Assembly (NCBI GenBank): GCA_050613775.1
Contig: JBODTK010000117.1
Span: 434,001-498,000 of the forward strand
Reading direction: 5' to 3'
DNA: 64,000 nucleotides
From: Neocallimastix sp. 'constans'
Taxonomy: Eukaryota
Below are positions 57,819 through 64,000 of the stretch, piece after piece. A program made the position numbers and the translations under genes. The notes under the pieces are model-generated. The model was not told where the DNA came from and searched no databases. It was given only the letters and a program-made list of their open reading frames with translations. Each line of letters begins with the position of its first letter. Positions within the stretch are counted from its first letter, which is position 1.

Positions 57819-59402
57819 CTTGAGTCTTAGTGGGGGCATCTTGGTAAAGAACGAACATATAATGGATTATTAATTAGAATTTCAACTTACTTTAGAATCC
57901 ATTATATTATTCTTTACTTAATATTACTTTACTATATTTTCTATACTAAAATATTTTCTAAATATATTTATTTTTTTTTATATTTTTATTAAAAGTTTCT
58001 AAAATATTATCAATAATTTTATATTTTTATTATTAATATCAATATCTATAATTTAACCTTAAATTTTATTATTTTATTAAAGTGTTTATTATCAATATTA
58101 ATATTTTATTTTTATTTTCAAATATATTATTATATTATTATTATATTGTATCAATATTAAACTTGTATTCTTTTTAGTATTTTATTTTATTTTTAAATTG
58201 ATTATTTTATATTTTTATTCCCCACAAATAAAATCAAATCTTAATTGATTAATAATAAATATTAAATATATTATAGTTTTTAAATTTATTTTATATAAAA
58301 TATAAGAATATTATATTAACATTCTTGATTAAAATAACTTTATTTTTCTGTAAAATCTTTTTAAATTTTGTTTGTTACTTTTCGTATATATTAAATAATT
58401 TAGTTTTAGTATATGAAAAATAATATAAAATTATGTAAACAAAATTTATTAAAATAAAAATACTTATGAATTAGTTAATTTAAATTAATATAAAATTTTA
58501 AGTAATTAGTAATAGTAAATATTTTTTTTTAAATATGATAATAAAATGTAGAAAGGCTTTACATATTTATTTTTTTTCAAAAAGTATAAATAAGTGAAGT
58601 TTTTCAATAATTAAAATGTAGACAGAAAAAATATTAAAAATAAATAATTAAATAAAATTCTAATAAAACCCGAACCATAACAGATATGATGCAGTATTTA
58701 AATAAAAAGAGAATATTATCAAGAAATAAAATTAAATATAATAAATAATTAGTTAAATTATATATGTATATTATAATAATAAATAGTAATATAAAAATTA
58801 TTAAATTTATTTAATTAGTTAATAGCCAATAGGATTTAATTTATAGTAAATTAGAAATTAGAAATATAAAAGAAAAATTATTATAATTCTTTAAAAAAAA
58901 GAAGGAGGTTTTTTTATTTGGAAAAAAATAGAGATAAAATTGGTTAAAATAAATATATTTGGGGAATATATTTATTTATCAAAAATTTTAATAGTAATAA
59001 GTTAGTTAGAAATAAATAATTAATAAGATCTTTAATAACATTTTATTATAAAATTTGTATTACGACATAAATAATTTAAATAAATAAATAAAACGACAAA
59101 ACTATAATTTTTTTTATATTTTGTTTTAATATTAACGTGTATTGTAATTATATATTTTTATATTAGAATATATTTTTATTTAATACAATCTTGCTAACCA
59201 CAAAAACATTGATACTTATAGAAATAACGTATCAAAATTTGGCGCCCAACGTGGGGGGAAAGCAAGATCAAATAAATTAATATGAAAATAATAAGAAAAT
59301 TATAATTACAATATAATTATCATAATAGAATACTTTTTTTTTTATATATAATCTTTCATTTATTTTTCTTTTTTTTATCAAGTAATTATTTTTTTTTTTA
59401 CA

Positions 59403-60719
59403 ATGTTTGACGCTACTAAACTGCAAAGGAAGCTACCACATCTGGCTGATTATGGAAAAGATGTAGACAGCTGGATGACCGACTTTGTTAAGATAATGGA
59501 GCTTTATGATATAATGGAACCAAGGCGAATTTTTATTTGGGTAAAGGAAGCTGTGGAAGAAGATATTCAAGGAGCGTTACAATCATTAGTAGTCAGACGA
59601 GGGGATGAAATGAGATATCCCACATTTAAAGAAATTCAAAATACAATTGAAGAACATTTGCACATTACAGAAAATGATAAATGTGCAGTTCTCAAAACAA
59701 TACAAATAAATCAAGAAGAATCAATTAAAAAGTTTAATTACAGATATAAAAAATTATATAATAAACTCAGTTTAGAATATAGAAGACTTATATCTGTAAA
59801 GGACTACACGAATGCTATTAGCTCCCGTGTATTTCCATGCTCAAGAGTTATGGTTGCAGAATGTGATACAATAAATGAGGCGTGTAAAATTGCAGAAGTA
59901 GCTGAGGAGACTGAAAAAGAAATAGCAAATATAAATCAAAGAAATGAAATTAATAATATGAGGAATCATATTATGTTTACTCAGAATCAGCCGGATAATA
60001 GCTTACTAATGCGACATCCATTCTACGAAAACTTACAGTTAAATCAATTACCTATGAACCATAATAATAATATATTCCAGGAAAGAAATAATTGGAATTC
60101 TAAATCTAGATTATGGAACAATAATAATAATTTCAGAAATTCAAATTATGTATATCACATGAGTAATCCATATAATAATCCAAATTATTACTTGAATAAT
60201 AAAAATGATATTAATAAAATGAACAATGGAAATTTTACAAATCGTTATAATAGTAGATTTAATTATAATAAATTTTGGCACAGTAATAATATTAATCAAT
60301 ATATGAATAATAATAACAAATATAATATGAACAATATGAATAATAATCAGCCATCCAATGAAATAAGAGACAATAAGATGAATCATTATTTAAACAATTT
60401 GAACAACAATATTAATATAACAAATAATGATAAAGAACATGACAACCAAATGTTTAACAATAATAAATTTAATACAAATAATATGATTCAATCCTTTAAT
60501 TATCAAAATGGAAATAATCACAACAATGGGATAGAAAATAATAATGTCAGTAATACATTAGTAACTAATAAAAACTCAATTAACAACAATAATAACAACC
60601 ATGTGAATTGTTACCGTTGCACAATGAATGGACATAGAGCTTCAGAATGTCCTTATACATTTAAGCAATTGGCTGAATTGGAAGAAAAAGGATTGCTCAA
60701 TAAACATTTAAACCAATAG
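59403..60719 (+). CDS. gag: G4 Gag (Asn-rich, CCHC)
   Basis: CYRCTMNGHRASEC; ends at the T TTA AAC slippery site. Confidence 0.88.
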   Translation: MFDATKLQRKLPHLADYGKDVDSWMTDFVKIMELYDIMEPRRIFIWVKEAVEEDIQGALQSLVVRRGDEMRYPTFKEIQNTIEEHLHITENDKCAVLKTIQINQEESIKKFNYRYKKLYNKLSLEYRRLISVKDYTNAISSRVFPCSRVMVAECDTINEACKIAEVAEETEKEIANINQRNEINNMRNHIMFTQNQPDNSLLMRHPFYENLQLNQLPMNHNNNIFQERNNWNSKSRLWNNNNNFRNSNYVYHMSNPYNNPNYYLNNKNDINKMNNGNFTNRYNSRFNYNKFWHSNNINQYMNNNNKYNMNNMNNNQPSNEIRDNKMNHYLNNLNNNINITNNDKEHDNQMFNNNKFNTNNMIQSFNYQNGNNHNNGIENNNVSNTLVTNKNSINNNNNNHVNCYRCTMNGHRASECPYTFKQLAELEEKGLLNKHLNQ

Positions 60720-63700
60720 ATGGGAGAAGGACAACTTCCATTAACCAAACCAATAAAATAATATTCAAAAATAATGACTCATATAATAATAATAATAAAA
60801 TAATATTCAAAAATAATGACTCATATAATAATAATAATAAAACAATGTTCAAAAATAATGACTCATATAATAATAATAATAATAAAATAATGTTCAAAAA
60901 TAACGACTCATATAATAATAATAATAATAATAATAATATAATGACAATGGTAGACGATCAAACAATATTACCTATAATTAATAATAATATTAAAGAAAAA
61001 CAAAAATGTAATGACCTTAATATAAACAATAATAGTAACACTACACAAAATACATTAAATAGACCAATTGAAATTATAGCAGCCGCTACTCGAAATTCAA
61101 GAAATAAATTAAACAAACATAATGAAAAACCATACAATAGAAAGGAAGTGAGATTTAATTTAAAGGACAATCCAAAACCAATACAAACGGCAGCTATGAG
61201 TCATAATAATATTAATAATAATACTAGTGATAATAAAATTAGTACTAATAATAGTATTAATAATAATTATAATAATAATATTAATAATAAAAATAATATC
61301 GATTATAGTAATACAAATGTTAATAATAATTATAATAATATTAATAATCATAAGAATAATAAGAATAATGAATATGAAAACAATAATAAGAATAATAATA
61401 ATAAAATTAATCATAATATAGACAATTATAACGATAATGCGAATAATGATAATAAAAATAATAATACTATAGATAATTATAATAGTAATAATGATTTTAA
61501 TGAAAATAAGGAAAATAATACTTACGACTATTTTAAAGAAAATACTGTCACCAATAATGATGATAATACTCATAACAATACAAGCAATACCCAATGGGTT
61601 GAACGAGAAGATTTAGAACCTAATGAAGATGTAATTATGATAGAAGAATCTGAAGATGATGAAGATAATGATGCTGATAAAGAAAATTATAACTCTAAAA
61701 ATTATGATAATATTTTACCTGGTAGATCTAAGAATTTTAATAATATAATTAAGGAAAACCCGGATATGGCCTCTAATAGTGAAAATCGTAAAACAGAAAA
61801 ACTAGAATATCTTGATCCTTCCTTTATAACAGAGAAAAATATTCGAAATGTTAAAGGTAAAAATAGGGAAGAAAAAATTAAAGATATAAAAAATAAAGCT
61901 AAGAAAATAAATACCGACATTGAGCAAAGTGAAACTTCTTTTAAGAAACCTGAAAAACACATCAAACTTATGGAAAAATTTGGTGATTATTATATTCAAG
62001 ATTTAATAAAAGAAATTGCATCAACTGATGTAATAACAAAATTAGTTTACCTTTTAGATCTTTTTCCAAAATTCCGTACAGAATTTTTAAAAGCTTTAAA
62101 ATTAGCGCCTAAACAAACAATAACAAATGTGATGACGGTTATCACAAAACATAAAATAATTAAAGTTTGCGGTAAAGTAGAAAATAATGACTGTGAAATA
62201 TTTTTAGATACGTGTGCTAGTGTCAACTTTATCACACGTTCTGCTTTAAATAAATTAAAAATCAACAAACCTTCTATTGGTAGAATTTCTGAAACAATAT
62301 TTCAAGCGTACTCTAATTCTTCAACAGAGAGTGATATCTATGACTTACAGATTTCTATTGGTAGTAAAACTTTTAATGAATATTTCAGAGTAATAGAAAA
62401 GGATGATATTTTCGATATCTTAATTGGTGTTGATTCTCTAAAGAATAATAGATTTGATATTAACTTAGTAGATGATACTTTATATTATATTGATGAAAAT
62501 AATAATTACATTAAACTAGCAGATCTATTTTATGATATCAATCTTAATAATACTTACAAGGATGATGAGGATATAGAAAAACATCAAAATACAAAATCTG
62601 AACCTTTTTTATTAACAATTACAGTTACCAATGATAAAGAAATTACGAACACTAATGAATTACCTAACACGAAAGAACATTTAATTAACGAAATAATATC
62701 TTCTGTTCCTAATAAATTTAAAAATAAAATTAGTAAATTATTTTTTAAATTTAAAAATGTAGTTGCAATTAAAACAGATGATTTAGGAAGGTCAAAATTA
62801 TTACCTCACAGGATTGAATTAATTCCAAAATCTTCACCCATAAAGTTAAAAGCTTACCGTTTATCCAAAGCGCAAACAAAAGCTCTAAAGGAAATTTTGA
62901 TTAAGCTAATAGAAAACAAACTAATAGAGCCATCCTACTCTTCATGGGCATTTCCAGTAGTACTAGTTCCAAAGAAAAACGGCGACTGGAGAATGTGTGT
63001 CGACTTTAGGGCTTTAAACAATATAACTATTAAGGATTCCTATGCTTTGCCCTTAATTGATGACATATTAATGTTTATTGGAAAGAACGCTAAAATACTC
63101 TCTACTATTGATCTTTTTTCTGGTTATCATCAGGTTCCAATGAATCCTGATGATAAAGATAAAACAACATTCACAACGATGTTTGGAAACTATAAATTTT
63201 GTGTGATGCCGTTTGGGCTATGTAATGCACCGGCTACATTTCAACGTGAAATGAACCGGATTTTTTTTGACTTGATTGGAGTATGCTTATTTGTTTACAT
63301 TGACGATTTAGTAATATTTTCTGACTCAATTGAATCACACATTACTCATCTTACTAAAGTATTCCAAATCCTAGCAGACAATGGTTTGAAAATAAACTTA
63401 GAAAAATGTTCTTTTTTCAAAGAAGAAGTAGTCCTTCTTGGTCATGTATTATCCACAAAAGGTATTGCCCCGATTCCTGATAAGATTAAAGTTATAATTA
63501 ACTGGCTACCCCCTAAAAATATCACTCAACTTAAATCATTTTTGGGAGCTGTTGGTTATTATCGGAAATTTATTAAAAATTTTGCTCAGATTGCAAATCC
63601 TCTGTTTAACCTCTTAAAGAAAGATGTACCGTATGAATGGTCCGAAAAGTGCAACATAGCCTTTGAAAAATTAAAAATGTCACTAACGGTTGCCCCTATT

Positions 63701-64000
63701 TTAACTCCTCCTGATTATTCTAAACCATTTATTATCCGAACAGATGCTTCCAGAGATGGACTTGGTGGAGTACTTCTCCAAACAAATGAAAATTCAATTG
63801 AAATCCCCATATATTTTGAAAGTAGAACTCTTTCCGCTGCTGAATCTAATTATAGTGTTACTGATTTAGAAGGCAAAGCAATATTTCATTGTGTTAAAAA
63901 ATTTAAACCCTATTTTAGTGGAAGCCCTTTTACCACTATCGTTTATACAGACCATAAACCCTTGGTTAGTATATTTGCTAATAGAGAGCCTTCAAATAAT
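60707..64000 (+). CDS. pol: G4 Pol, 3'-partial (Asn-rich N-terminus, PR, RT, RNase H); missing from the ORF track because it has no stop in the window
   Basis: -1 frame; FLDTCAS, IDLFSGY, YIDD (63296), RTDAS, YTDHKPL read from sequence. Confidence 0.88.

Larger units (their letters stand above)
46089..58682 (+). mobile_element. G3: Ty3/gypsy element, leader deleted, pol interrupted by E5
   Basis: 841-bp LTRs 46089-46929 and 57842-58682; gata on both sides; PBS 46937-46953. Confidence 0.95.
58687..64000 (+). mobile_element. G4: Ty3/gypsy element of a different family, tRNA-Lys PBS, runs off the window
   Basis: Putative LTR 58687-59234 (tgatgc..gtatca) after gata; PBS tggcgcccaacgtgggg 59240-59256; second LTR not visible. 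Confidence 0.88.

Overview
Extremely AT-rich eukaryotic DNA, almost entirely transposable elements (composition and element types suggest an anaerobic gut fungus, Neocallimastigomycota; inference only). 1-15.4 kb is a gap-free head-to-tail array of related single-ORF LINEs (APE-RT-CCHC) with one SINE-like chimera. 15.8-21.6 kb is a decayed Ty1/copia in an (AAT)n tract, with a PBS matching the anticodon arm of tRNA-Lys(CUU). The only clear host gene is an intronless GT17 glycosyltransferase (22.6-24.7 kb). From 28.4 kb there is a nest: a Mutator-like transposase fragment is interrupted by a non-coding, self-priming LTR element (H1) whose LTRs carry a tRNA-like A/B-box cassette. Four distinct Ty3/gypsy elements (G1-G4) inserted at essentially the same LTR position, 18-22 nt upstream of that A box; three are stacked in tandem, separated only by a 4-bp GATA TSD. 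G3 is interrupted by an RT-less Gag-PR-IN-chromodomain element (E5) with the same LTR design. The strongest novel candidate is this mobile Pol III 'landing pad'. Conserved structured leader RNAs are also shared between lineages. All comparisons were made by eye; no searches were run.
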